Source of the DNA: a virus
DNA: 64,000 nucleotides
IMG/VR virus record: IMGVR_UViG_3300043081_000027
Direction: 5' to 3' (one strand)
Positions 52,221 to 61,828 of the stretch are shown here, one piece after another. Made by a program: the position numbers and the translations under genes. How positions within the stretch are numbered: the first letter of the stretch is position 1; each line of letters begins with the position of its first letter. The notes below the pieces were generated by a model that saw only the letters and a program-made list of their open reading frames with translations, was not told the origin of the DNA and made no database searches.

Positions 52221-52746
52221 TTTTTAATAAATTGTATAAAACCTCTTTGGGCAATATTACATAATCAGTAGATATAGAATTAACTTTTTGTTTCCTCCAA
52301 AATACAACTAATGGTCTATCCTTTAAAGGGCAACCTTCAGTAATGGTTTCAATATTTGGAGTATTTAAAGTTGCTTTACATTGAATATAAAATGGAAGTT
52401 TATCTTCAGTTTCAGCAATATCTACCTTAGAGTTATCTAAATTTCTATCTTGGGATCTAGAAGATACTAATCCTGCATAACCTAATTCGGTTAATTCTTT
52501 GATAATATCTAGTTCAAATCTATTTCCTTTAGATTTACTCTTTTTTGCTTGATAAGCCCTAAATGTAGTGTTATCAACCCATTTACAAGAAATTTTATCT
52601 TTCTTACCTGTAGAACCTTCTCTAGATTTATTACATCTAATTTTAATAGATGCCTCTGACAATCCAGATTCAGTGCTTGCAGCTACTAAATTGGGATAAG
52701 TTTTTACAACACCATCTTTATAGGTAATAATTACACTGGTATTCAA
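52198..52746 (-). CDS. Putative endonuclease: NUMOD1-like HTH plus Hjc/VRR-NUC-like PD-(D/E)xK resolvase domain
   Basis: N-terminal YPNLVAASTESGLSEASIKIRC resembles the I-TevI-type NUMOD1 motif; C-terminal KGNRFELDIIKELTELGYAG...SKVDIAE...LPFYIQCKAT resembles archaeal Hjc (GSAFERELV...PDLIA...IEVK). Confidence 0.5.
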   Translation of the reverse strand: MNTSVIITYKDGVVKTYPNLVAASTESGLSEASIKIRCNKSREGSTGKKDKISCKWVDNTTFRAYQAKKSKSKGNRFELDIIKELTELGYAGLVSSRSQDRNLDNSKVDIAETEDKLPFYIQCKATLNTPNIETITEGCPLKDRPLVVFWRKQKVNSISTDYVILPKEVLYNLLKNEKVNNR

Positions 52747-53765
52747 TTCTTTCTATGATTTCTTAGCCATTTTATAAATTGAGTTATTAAATCAAGTGTG
52801 AGTTGTCGTCCTCTATTCTTATACAAGTCACTAATATCTTTTGCTTCATACTTTCTAGGAATCCATGTATAAATAAGTTCTGGATGTGCCTGCTTAATTT
52901 TTCGCATACCAGTCAAACCTGCTAAATCGTTATCATAAAGTACTACAATATGCTTGAAACGCTTTTTTAATTGTTCCAATACTGTATCAGAAATAAAGAG
53001 ATTTTCACTATTAGGAGCAATAGCATTAATCCCAAACTCATACAACAACATGCAGTCCTTCATAGACTTCGTAATTACTAGCAGATTACCTTTCTTAGGA
53101 AGCATTTCAAAACCCTGTATTTTCTTAGCAGGCCAATTAGTAAGAAATCTAATACCACTACTTTTATTTTGTGGATAATAGATTCTCCATAATTCTTTAC
53201 CGTCTAACTTGCCTCCATAATATCCAAACACTCTCATAGAAGAAGTAACAATACTAAATAAATTATCATTAAGGAATACAGACTTACAAGAAAACACTCT
53301 AAACTTATTTAGAGTCTTCTTAGTAATACCATATTGTAACCACCAATCTAATTCATCTTTAGTATAGTCCTTTATCTCTACTTGAATTTTAGACTTACCT
53401 GCATCTTCAAATTTTTTAGTATTTGTCGTGCGGATTCCAGGGTTTACTTGTAAGTGCTTAAACGACTTTAAGCCTAAGTCATTAGCAATGGTACACAGAG
53501 CTTGATAAAATGTCAAGTCATGTATAGCCATTACTAATGAAAAGCAACTATAAAAATCTCCTGTTGCAAAGTCATGTAAGTATAACTCACCTTTACTATT
53601 GCGATAAAAACCACATGTAGGTTTATTATCATTTCTTAGTCTACTTCGTATCAGTTTCTTACTAATATTAGGTATTCCTAAGTAATAACAGAATATTTCT
53701 TCCTCAGTAACTTTTGATAAGATAAATTCCTTAGTTATAGATTCTCCAAATGTAAATTCAAACAT
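52743..53765 (-). CDS. DNA primase (TOPRIM domain, DnaG-like)
   Basis: TOPRIM elements LVITKSMKD ... IVVLYDNDLAGLTG (E ... DxD). Confidence 0.55.
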   Translation of the reverse strand: MFEFTFGESITKEFILSKVTEEEIFCYYLGIPNISKKLIRSRLRNDNKPTCGFYRNSKGELYLHDFATGDFYSCFSLVMAIHDLTFYQALCTIANDLGLKSFKHLQVNPGIRTTNTKKFEDAGKSKIQVEIKDYTKDELDWWLQYGITKKTLNKFRVFSCKSVFLNDNLFSIVTSSMRVFGYYGGKLDGKELWRIYYPQNKSSGIRFLTNWPAKKIQGFEMLPKKGNLLVITKSMKDCMLLYEFGINAIAPNSENLFISDTVLEQLKKRFKHIVVLYDNDLAGLTGMRKIKQAHPELIYTWIPRKYEAKDISDLYKNRGRQLTLDLITQFIKWLRNHRKN

Positions 53766-53819
53766 AGTTCATATTAACAATTTAGAGTAAATATAACTAA
53801 CTCAGTTTATATTTCAAAA

Positions 53820-54533
53820 TTAGAGTCCTGCGAGCATGTCTTGAAGATCATCTGTAGCTGCAGCATCAATATCAGAGTTATCAGTAGTCTGATCCAATGC
53901 TTTATCAGCAGGCATCGCAGTTGGAGTAGCTGATTCAAACTCCTGACGTTTCTTCTCCTCACTAGGAGTAAAACCGAGTCCCTTCTCTTCAAGAGCTAAA
54001 AAGTTATTGCTTACATAAGCATCACCACTCTCTTTATTAATGGAAGTGTAATATGGAAGAGCGGCGTAAGTCACACCATCTTTTACTCTACCAACGAGCT
54101 TTAGATATACATCCTTACCCTTCTTCTCATTAAGAAGTTTCTGTGCCATAGTAGCTACATCTTTAAAAGACTTTGCATTACCAACAACTTTCTTCAACTT
54201 CTCAAAACCCTCCTTATTAATAATAGCCAAGCAGTGTGCAAAGAACATCATTGCTCTATCAGCATTAGAAGGATTCTCACCACCCCAATTATTAGGAGTA
54301 CGTTCAACATCTTGACCCTTTACATCAGGGAGGAATAGGTTCTCTTCATAATACCCATGCTCTCCTTCAAAACGTACTTTAAAGATGTCGTAATCAGTAC
54401 CATTCTTTTCAGAATGAAGTACATCTACCTTACTCTCTACAAACTTAACCTTGTTAATAGAGAAAGGACGTAAACGCTTATCAGAAGCAACACCTGTGGT
54501 ATTAGTAAGACCACCAAAATTAAAACTACTCAT
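53820..54533 (-). CDS. putative ssDNA-binding protein with acidic C-terminal tail (...DIDAAATDDLQDMLAGL)
   Basis: Acidic tail ending in hydrophobic residues, typical of phage SSBs; location next to the primase and helicase. Confidence 0.35.
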   Translation of the reverse strand: MSSFNFGGLTNTTGVASDKRLRPFSINKVKFVESKVDVLHSEKNGTDYDIFKVRFEGEHGYYEENLFLPDVKGQDVERTPNNWGGENPSNADRAMMFFAHCLAIINKEGFEKLKKVVGNAKSFKDVATMAQKLLNEKKGKDVYLKLVGRVKDGVTYAALPYYTSINKESGDAYVSNNFLALEEKGLGFTPSEEKKRQEFESATPTAMPADKALDQTTDNSDIDAAATDDLQDMLAGL

Positions 54534-54571
54534 TTTCTTTCTAATTTAAATTAAACTACAAAAATTTTTAA

Positions 54572-55174
54572 TTACAAACTTGCTAACATGGCTTGAAAAT
54601 CATCACCATCAATCTCTTCTGCATCTTCTGGAATATCATCATTTAATTGATCCAAGTTCTCAGATAAACCTTCTGGAAGATCTACATCTTCTACAAGATT
54701 ATCATCACTTTCTACAGGTTCTGGAGTTTTATCGCCTTTAAGAATAAATGTTCCATCCTCTGTAGCTTCCAAAGTAAATACAGTACCATAAGCTGCAAGT
54801 GCATCATGATTAGCACCTCTACAAGCTACGGTAAAAGATTTAGTAAGACGATTACCTGACTTACATTTAAATGCTTCATCAGTTCCTAATACAGGAGTTT
54901 GAACCTTATCAATTTTTCTAAACTTGATATTAAGCTTAGCTTCGGGTTCTACACCCATAAGTTCAACAGCTGCTGTATTTAGCGTGTACTTATTATCTGC
55001 TAGTATAAGTTGAGGTTCAGAAGATTCACCTTTCTTTGCCTTCTTGGGTTTAGCGGCAGTAGCTGGAATCAAGTCTTTAACTTCTCCAGTATTAGGATTA
55101 ACTGCTACAAACTTATTTGCACTCTCATCAAACATCAAATTCCACGCTTCCATATTAGTCTTCTCCATTTTCAA
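54572..55174 (-). CDS. putative ssDNA-binding protein, paralogous tail (...EIDGDDFQAMLASL)
   Basis: C-terminal motif shared with the 53820..54533 product. Confidence 0.35.
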   Translation of the reverse strand: MKMEKTNMEAWNLMFDESANKFVAVNPNTGEVKDLIPATAAKPKKAKKGESSEPQLILADNKYTLNTAAVELMGVEPEAKLNIKFRKIDKVQTPVLGTDEAFKCKSGNRLTKSFTVACRGANHDALAAYGTVFTLEATEDGTFILKGDKTPEPVESDDNLVEDVDLPEGLSENLDQLNDDIPEDAEEIDGDDFQAMLASL

Positions 55175-55850
55175 ATTTGTTAATTGTATCTATAACGAGC
55201 TTCATGTTAGGTTCAATGTACTTATCAGCAAAACATCCAGCAACAGTACGACATGTATCATTACCATTAGTTTTAGTTCTAAATCTATACTGAACTTCAT
55301 CATTTTCATCTTTAACTACGTCTGAGTAAATTATGTAACTGAACAAACCATCCAATACTACAGTTTTATCTAGCATTTTACCAGATGAATATAGCTTGTA
55401 AGTAGGTTCCATATCTGTACCATCATTAATAATATGAGAAATAATTACTACAGTCAAATCATCTCGGAGTTTATCAGCTCCTGTCATAAGATCATAATAA
55501 TTCTTAGCTTGTTGTGTAAACTTCTCAAAACCTTTTACAAGAGCATTCTCCATAATTTCATTACTTAAACAGTAATTAATATCATCAAGAACAATAACTT
55601 TAATATCCTCTCTAGTAGAAGATACAAGTTTCAAGATTTTACCAATATTCTCATAATTATTACTAACATACCAATTTCCTTCAAGCTTACCTCCATTAGT
55701 TGTTACCTTCTTATATTTCTTACGAAATCCAGGTATTTGTAACTGTTTGTTAGTACAGCTAACAATAAAAGTTTCTTCAGGATCTAAGTATCTTAATGAT
55801 GTACTCTTACCAGTATTACTGAATCCAGCTACGCAAATTACATTGCTCAT
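55155..55850 (-). CDS. P-loop ATPase (Sak4/AAA_24-like)
   Basis: Walker A AGFSNTGKST and Walker B-like VIVLDD. Confidence 0.45.
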   Translation of the reverse strand: MSNVICVAGFSNTGKSTSLRYLDPEETFIVSCTNKQLQIPGFRKKYKKVTTNGGKLEGNWYVSNNYENIGKILKLVSSTREDIKVIVLDDINYCLSNEIMENALVKGFEKFTQQAKNYYDLMTGADKLRDDLTVVIISHIINDGTDMEPTYKLYSSGKMLDKTVVLDGLFSYIIYSDVVKDENDEVQYRFRTKTNGNDTCRTVAGCFADKYIEPNMKLVIDTINKFENGED

Positions 55851-56969
55851 TTACATTACAAATTTAAAAGGTTGTTTGCTGTTATCTAATACTACTTCTT
55901 TTATCTCTTCTTCTTTATCTATAGAATCTCCAATGATATAGGCTGGACTAGTAAATAGTGACCAGTCATTTACTTCCTCAGGTTTAGGCATATCATGCCA
56001 ATAACCCATTTTACCAAAGAAATTTACCCCTAATTCAATACTAGATGCTCCATCACGAGCTTTTTGTATTGTAATTACACGAAAATTATCTTGCAATATT
56101 TTAATATCATACTTACTGTATGTTGCAAGCTTTTCTCTATGTGGATTAAAAATTGAGATAGCTACCTCACAATCCTGTGCTGGGTTACCAGAATCCTTTA
56201 TATCGTTCAATGTAAGATTATTTAAACCTTGCTTCCTTCTCTCGATATTAGCGGAATCTCTATTAGTCTGCATAATCACTACGGGACTAATACCACAAGC
56301 ATTTCTCAACATTACTAATACTCTTGATACTGCATCTATTTCATTCTTTAATTGTGAAGCAGATGCTTTTACTAAACCAATATGATCTATAACCACATTA
56401 TGAATTAGTTCTGGATCATTAGGAGCATACAGAATTTCTGCTTCGTCCCCTTTACCCTTAATATCAAGCTTACCAGTATTTTTTAATTCATTTACTAACT
56501 TATTATACAAATAAGTAGCTGTACAAGTTTTATCATAGATTTTCACAATCTTCTTAGCTTGTTGCAGCCAGGGTTTACTCTCTTTTAGTAGGTCGTAATA
56601 CTCATCACAGAGTCTATAGTTCTTCTTCCGAGAAAATATCTCTTTAGAAGATAATTCAATACCATAAGTATCGAATATATGCAAGCATAATAGTCTTGCC
56701 CAAATAGTCTTCTCCGCCATTTCGAGCGAAAAATAAGTTACTTTAAACTTACCATCGTTAAAATGCTCTATCATCGGACTATATACATAAGAAAACAAAG
56801 TTAATGAACTCTTACCATTACCAGTACCCGAATAGATTAGAGTATATGTTTTAGGACACACTCCATCTACCAAGCCTTCTAGTTTTGAAAGTCCCATTGA
56901 AAAACCTTGATTCTTACCTTCTCTACCTCTATCAATTTCTTGAAAGAGGTCGTCAATTGCGTCTATCAT
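55851..56969 (-). CDS. DnaB-family replicative helicase (RecA-fold domain)
   Basis: GFSMGLSKLEGLVDG...LIYSGTGNGKSSL (Walker A), VVIDHIGLV (Walker B), VVIMQTNRD (DnaB-type sensor). Confidence 0.7.
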   Translation of the reverse strand: MIDAIDDLFQEIDRGREGKNQGFSMGLSKLEGLVDGVCPKTYTLIYSGTGNGKSSLTLFSYVYSPMIEHFNDGKFKVTYFSLEMAEKTIWARLLCLHIFDTYGIELSSKEIFSRKKNYRLCDEYYDLLKESKPWLQQAKKIVKIYDKTCTATYLYNKLVNELKNTGKLDIKGKGDEAEILYAPNDPELIHNVVIDHIGLVKASASQLKNEIDAVSRVLVMLRNACGISPVVIMQTNRDSANIERRKQGLNNLTLNDIKDSGNPAQDCEVAISIFNPHREKLATYSKYDIKILQDNFRVITIQKARDGASSIELGVNFFGKMGYWHDMPKPEEVNDWSLFTSPAYIIGDSIDKEEEIKEVVLDNSKQPFKFVM

Positions 56970-57574
56970 ATCATTTTAACTGCATTGTAATCAATGTTAG
57001 CAATATCACCATTACGAAGAGCTTCAAGTTCTTCCCAACGACGATCTACTACAAAGCTAGCTAACGTGAATTGAATGAATTGTGTATTCTCTTTCGCCCA
57101 ATTTAATAACTCCATAATCTTATTATGTGTTTCAGTATTCCAATTAATGGCTTTACCATAAGCACGATAAAAATCTTCTAGAGAATCAAACTTACGTGAT
57201 ATACCTCTAAGAGGCACACACGTTCCATTTATATTACCAAACATAGGATAGTTCTCAAACAATTCTTTTCCTAGCTCAAAAGAAGCTTTACAAAAGCCTC
57301 TCAGGAAAACTTTATTAAATTCAACAGCGATTGGGTCAAATGATTGTCCTTTTGCCGGAATTTTATAAGTCTTGTTGATTATACCTTTAGTTTGTAATGT
57401 AACTAGTATAGAACGAAAGTCACCGCGAACATCTTCGGGCAATGCGAAGTAGCGGTATAAATAAGAATCATCTTCTTCTTGTGCTAAAAGCAGAATTCGT
57501 ATGACAAAAAGTTCATTAGGATTTAGGTGATATTTAGTAAATATACCCAATTCCTCATCAATCGTGTTAATCAA
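56966..57574 (-). CDS. hypothetical protein (TTG start as drawn)
   Basis: ORF; the start codon abuts a perfect 10-bp inverted repeat. Confidence 0.4.
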   Translation of the reverse strand: MINTIDEELGIFTKYHLNPNELFVIRILLLAQEEDDSYLYRYFALPEDVRGDFRSILVTLQTKGIINKTYKIPAKGQSFDPIAVEFNKVFLRGFCKASFELGKELFENYPMFGNINGTCVPLRGISRKFDSLEDFYRAYGKAINWNTETHNKIMELLNWAKENTQFIQFTLASFVVDRRWEELEALRNGDIANIDYNAVKMI

Positions 57575-57575
57575 A

Positions 57576-57611
57576 ACAGAATATTTAACTTAAATAGTAT
57601 TAATATTCTGT
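57576..57611. promoter_or_regulatory. Perfect 10-bp inverted repeat acagaatatt-N16-aatattctgt in the 112-nt intergenic gap
   Basis: Seen directly; on the - transcript it is followed by uuuug and then the TTG start of the next gene. Confidence 0.3.
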
Positions 57612-57686
57612 AGAATTGTTTATACCTCTTTCGAGGGCTTAGATACTACATAGTGGAAATAGGGTTATCTTAGACTTAATCTCTAT

Positions 57687-57986
57687 TTATGCACGGTAGT
57701 GCTCTATGGCTTCAATAATTAAATCACGATTCTGTACATCCTGCGGAACGAAACTATCAGGCTCTACAGTAGATGCAACTAATTTACTTATTTTTATTTG
57801 TGTATCATAGTTGTATTTGCCAAGCCAACACAAGTAAGATGTTAAACATTTACGCCTGTGTTGTACCCGTTCTACTAAGTCTGGCAGTATCTTATCCTTA
57901 AATGCTTTTTCAATGATAAACTTTACATTAACTGATTTAGTCAAATCCCATAACTTAGGATCATCAATATCAAATGTTACTTTCAT
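57687..57986 (-). CDS. hypothetical protein (start moved to the internal Met MKVTFD to avoid a 59-nt overlap with the helicase)
   Basis: Track ORF 57687..58046; the alternative start lies 1 nt after the helicase stop. Confidence 0.35.
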   Translation of the reverse strand: MKVTFDIDDPKLWDLTKSVNVKFIIEKAFKDKILPDLVERVQHRRKCLTSYLCWLGKYNYDTQIKISKLVASTVEPDSFVPQDVQNRDLIIEAIEHYRA

Positions 57987-57987
57987 T

Positions 57988-59268
57988 TTAGAAACGGAAT
58001 GTAAATTTTGAAATTGGTTTCTTATAAGTTTCATAAGGTTCACCACGTAACACCTTCATAAGGTTATCAGCATCAATAGGAATGGATGTAGTATCTTTGT
58101 GTGATTTCTCAAACCAAGATGTTTCTACAGTATTATTGAGTACAAAAGTAAATACTTCTGCAATCTTATTACCTTCCTTTCTAATAGCTCTTCCCTTACG
58201 TTGTATGTAACGTGTTGGTGAGGAATCATAACCTAGCATCACTGCTACATTAATTCCTGGAACATCTAGTCCTTCGTCAGCTTTTTTAACTGTATTAAGC
58301 ACACCAGAGGACATTTTCGTAAATTCTTCGATAGTGATCCTACCTTTCTTTTTTGAATCTTTCCCTGTATATACATAGCCAATCCCAATGGACTCAGCAA
58401 TATCAGTAGTAGCAGAAAAAGTGATGATCTTTGCATTTGGACGAAACTTGATAATTTCACGAGTTAATTCGATTTTCTTAGGGTGATTATTTATATACTT
58501 CTTTCTTGCTTGTAGTACTCTAGCAAAAGCAGTAGCATGATAAGTAATCAACTTCAGGGCATCTTTTTTATTTAGTTCTGGATTTAGAGCACATATATGC
58601 TCTCTATAGGCTAAACGAGCTTTATACCCATTCTTACCTAACATTTCCATTGCTACATCAAAATTATACATGAAAAATTCGAAGTGTTTATTAAACTCTG
58701 CTGAGAGATTTTTATACACATCTATATCATCTACATCTAACATTATTTTATATTCAACACTTTCAGCTACCCAGCCATTAGCAATAGCTTCTAGACTAGT
58801 TATTTTATCTACAACAGGACAATACTTATATAGTAATTCATGTTTACCATCAAGTCTTTCCATAGTTGCCGATAAAGCAAGAATAAATCTGTATTTCACT
58901 TTATTAAATAAGGTGATATTTAAATCACTAGCATAACGATGCGCCTCATCTAATATTAGTAAATCTACATTATATTCATTCTTAATAAGTGTATTTATAA
59001 TAACAACCTCAGATGTAAGTCCTAGTCCTTGTTTATCCAACTGTGTTATCCACTGTTTTTGCAAAGTCTCCGTAGGAACGACAACTAATATACGTAATCC
59101 TGGAAATTTCTTATTAAGAACTGTGGCTCCCATAAGGGCAATTCTTGTTTTACCCATTCCGGTGGGAGCTAATATGGCTCCCTTACATTTATTAGCTATC
59201 CAATATTTTAAAGATTCTTTTTGACGTTCAGTTCTAGTAAGTTTAGGAAATAAATCCTGTTCTTCCAT
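57988..59268 (-). CDS. SF2 DEAD/DEAH-box (SNF2-like) helicase
   Basis: Walker A LAPTGMGKTRIAL; DEAH box LILDEAHRY; C-terminal helicase motif QRKGRAIRKEG. Confidence 0.75.
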   Translation of the reverse strand: MEEQDLFPKLTRTERQKESLKYWIANKCKGAILAPTGMGKTRIALMGATVLNKKFPGLRILVVVPTETLQKQWITQLDKQGLGLTSEVVIINTLIKNEYNVDLLILDEAHRYASDLNITLFNKVKYRFILALSATMERLDGKHELLYKYCPVVDKITSLEAIANGWVAESVEYKIMLDVDDIDVYKNLSAEFNKHFEFFMYNFDVAMEMLGKNGYKARLAYREHICALNPELNKKDALKLITYHATAFARVLQARKKYINNHPKKIELTREIIKFRPNAKIITFSATTDIAESIGIGYVYTGKDSKKKGRITIEEFTKMSSGVLNTVKKADEGLDVPGINVAVMLGYDSSPTRYIQRKGRAIRKEGNKIAEVFTFVLNNTVETSWFEKSHKDTTSIPIDADNLMKVLRGEPYETYKKPISKFTFRF

Positions 59269-59269
59269 T

Positions 59270-60136
59270 TTACTCTAACGCAATATTCTTTATCTCACAT
59301 ATTTGCTTAATTTCTTTAATCTTTTGCTCCCACAATTCTGCTTGCTTGTGAGCCTCATCCTCCAAACGAGGTAATACTTTATTCTTGAGAGTACTTAAAG
59401 CAATCTCACTAATATTCTCATAACGCTCATTCTTTAGATTATACATAGCTCTAAACTCCAAATAAGACAAACCGCCATTATAATCAGTATGAAGTTTTGT
59501 ATCAGGTCTCAAGTCAAGATTATCAATTACTTGCTGAAGTCTATCCAATGGCTTACCATCAGCATCCTTCTTAGATAAGTAATCCTTAATCTCGTCTTTA
59601 GTAAACCAAAGACCCAATTTAGTAAGAAAGTTATTAGTAATATGCTTTCTCTTAAATACTCCTAAAGCAGAAAGACAGGCACTGAGTACAATATCAATAC
59701 TTAGATTCTTATACTCATCTGGGATCTCTATTAAATGGTTGACCGAAACCTTAGAGTAGGCACTTCTAGGAAGCTGCTCTTTTACCTCATCAGTATTCAA
59801 GTAATCAGTAAGAGATTTACGAAAATCGAGTGGAATAATTCCTTGCTTACGCAAATAACGCATGTACAACTCTGCATTACAACGAACCTCTTGGTCACGA
59901 ATGATATTAATCAATTCATAACGTCCTGGATCGTCTTTATCCGTGCTATTAAGCATAGACTGACAATGTGCATAGCATCTTTTCAACTCATCTTCAGAAG
60001 CGTCTATAAGTTTAAACTCTTCTTGAACTCTCTTACCGTTAACAAACTTCTTAGGGCCTTTCCATACAAAGTTGTTTACATCACTCTTCTTACTTTCGAT
60101 AGCTGCGGTCAGCTTATCTCCCAAAACTGTTGACAT
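59270..60136 (-). CDS. hypothetical protein
   Basis: 288-aa ORF. Confidence 0.45.
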   Translation of the reverse strand: MSTVLGDKLTAAIESKKSDVNNFVWKGPKKFVNGKRVQEEFKLIDASEDELKRCYAHCQSMLNSTDKDDPGRYELINIIRDQEVRCNAELYMRYLRKQGIIPLDFRKSLTDYLNTDEVKEQLPRSAYSKVSVNHLIEIPDEYKNLSIDIVLSACLSALGVFKRKHITNNFLTKLGLWFTKDEIKDYLSKKDADGKPLDRLQQVIDNLDLRPDTKLHTDYNGGLSYLEFRAMYNLKNERYENISEIALSTLKNKVLPRLEDEAHKQAELWEQKIKEIKQICEIKNIALE

Positions 60137-60146
60137 ATATTAATTA

Positions 60147-60467
60147 TTATAGTTTATATTCATGATTTTTATCTATTACTTGCTTGTTAACGAATTTAAT
60201 AAAATGTATTCCAGTATAATTATATGGTACAAAAGTATTACCATTAAACCAAGTATCTTTACCCGCTTCAACTTCTTTAAAAGTGAGGAAACCTTCCTCA
60301 CCATTATACATTTCACGGTGATCCCAGTTAGGAAACTTTGTACACATAATATAACGGCTACCAAGTCTTGTTACTTCGTTATTATCTAACACATCAAAAA
60401 CATAAGTAGTATAACCCAAAGAGTCTCCTTCTTGTGCTAATAATCTAACTCTTGTTGTGTAAATCAT
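60147..60467 (-). CDS. hypothetical protein
   Basis: ORF. Confidence 0.4.
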   Translation of the reverse strand: MIYTTRVRLLAQEGDSLGYTTYVFDVLDNNEVTRLGSRYIMCTKFPNWDHREMYNGEEGFLTFKEVEAGKDTWFNGNTFVPYNYTGIHFIKFVNKQVIDKNHEYKL

Positions 60468-60476
60468 AACTAAATA

Positions 60477-60647
60477 TTAAGATTCTCTCGTTTTATCTAC
60501 ATAATCAATACAACCTGCAATAGCAAAATCAGTCTTCATATTCTCAAATCCTCGAAAACATGGAGCCTTTTCACATTTAGCGCAGGAGCGATTATAATAC
60601 ATAATTTTAGAGGTTCTATTAGTTGGTAATCCTTTCTTTACAGGCAT
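60477..60647 (-). CDS. small Cys-containing protein (about 56 aa, MPVKKGLPTNRTSKIMYYNRSCAKCEKAPCF...)
   Basis: Below the track threshold; read from the - strand. Confidence 0.3.
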   Translation of the reverse strand: MPVKKGLPTNRTSKIMYYNRSCAKCEKAPCFRGFENMKTDFAIAGCIDYVDKTRES

Positions 60648-61012
60648 ATAAGAACAATTAAGACAATGTTAAGAATACAACTACCAATAGTAGCACTAGT
60701 AGCTGTTTTTACTTTTTTCTTCATCTTACTATTCTCATTTACGAGATTACTATTAATAGCTTCACAGTTATTATAACGCAATATTTGTAAAGAATCTAAT
60801 TCTTCATACTGCCTTACTAGCGAATCATTCTTACTAAGTAGAACCTGATTAACAGAGTCTACTTTAGTAAGATAATCATATTGGTTAAATATGAGATTAG
60901 TTTGCTTTAATTGTAAGGGAGTCACCTGAAAACTTTGAGCGTAGGAATTCGGTGTAATACAACCAATCAGAATCACTAGATTGATTAATAATTTCTTGAG
61001 CTTTTTCTTCAT
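60638..61012 (-). CDS. Lipoprotein (Bacteroidota-type signal MKKKLKKLLINLVILIGC), candidate o-spanin-like
   Basis: Lipobox Cys after the hydrophobic signal; the gene overlaps the 3' end of the upstream N-TM gene by 116 nt in another frame; atypical C-terminal hydrophobic stretch. Confidence 0.4.
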   Translation of the reverse strand: MKKKLKKLLINLVILIGCITPNSYAQSFQVTPLQLKQTNLIFNQYDYLTKVDSVNQVLLSKNDSLVRQYEELDSLQILRYNNCEAINSNLVNENSKMKKKVKTATSATIGSCILNIVLIVLICL

Positions 61013-61208
61013 ACTTTACTTTAATTAAAGTTTTTGTACTATAAATAGTATCTATCTGCTGTTTTAAGGTTTCTATATTATTATAGATTGTATCAAGTAC
61101 AACCTCTTGAACAACAGTAGGCTTTTTAGAAGCTCGTCCTACGTAATAGAAACTAGTAGCAATAACACACCAGCTTACTAAAACTCCGATAACAACTTTT
61201 GTTTTCAA
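60897..61208 (-). CDS. N-terminal single-TM protein with coiled-coil-like periplasmic part, candidate i-spanin-like
   Basis: TM VVIGVLVSWCVIATSFYYV followed by heptad-like ETLKQQIDTIYSTKTLIKVKYEEKAQEII. Confidence 0.4.
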   Translation of the reverse strand: MKTKVVIGVLVSWCVIATSFYYVGRASKKPTVVQEVVLDTIYNNIETLKQQIDTIYSTKTLIKVKYEEKAQEIINQSSDSDWLYYTEFLRSKFSGDSLTIKAN

Positions 61209-61211
61209 GTT

Positions 61212-61700
61212 TTATAGTTTCTTTACAATCTTATATTCCGCCGCAGCCTTTTCTTTAGCTAGCTTAGCCAATAACTTTGTCTCATATTTAACTCGTGCAT
61301 TATTATAGCCAATAACTACAGTTTCTGGATGTTTCTCAAAGAATTCCATCTCATGCTTAAGAATTGCTTCTACTACTGGAGTATTAATCAATCCTATATT
61401 ATTAACATAGAATACATGCACAGGTCTTTTAAGAGCCTTACCAATAGCAATCTCCTTACCTAGAGCCTCATTAAAGTCATCTTGAGGAGCACATACTGAA
61501 AACCCAATGCTAAGTCTTTTCTTAACTACGTCTTCTGGAGAATAATCCCATGCTGTTAATTTAGTAACCTTATACTCAATACCAATAGGAAGTACTTCAC
61601 TAACAGCAGCAATTACATACTTACGTTCGTTACCTGCGTAGTCTACAAAAGAACCTACACGAGTCTCAATTGTTGATTTTTTCATTTTCGTTGTACTCAT
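61212..61700 (-). CDS. hypothetical protein
   Basis: ORF. Confidence 0.4.
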   Translation of the reverse strand: MSTTKMKKSTIETRVGSFVDYAGNERKYVIAAVSEVLPIGIEYKVTKLTAWDYSPEDVVKKRLSIGFSVCAPQDDFNEALGKEIAIGKALKRPVHVFYVNNIGLINTPVVEAILKHEMEFFEKHPETVVIGYNNARVKYETKLLAKLAKEKAAAEYKIVKKL

Positions 61701-61828
61701 TAATAAATCGAAATAATCTGTAACCTTTCCCTTTAACTATACGAGTTTTAGTATTCTTTATCTTAGTTTTGGTTTTTATGTATTTAGACGAATATAGTCC
61801 AATCCAACCATCACCTTCAAAATATACA

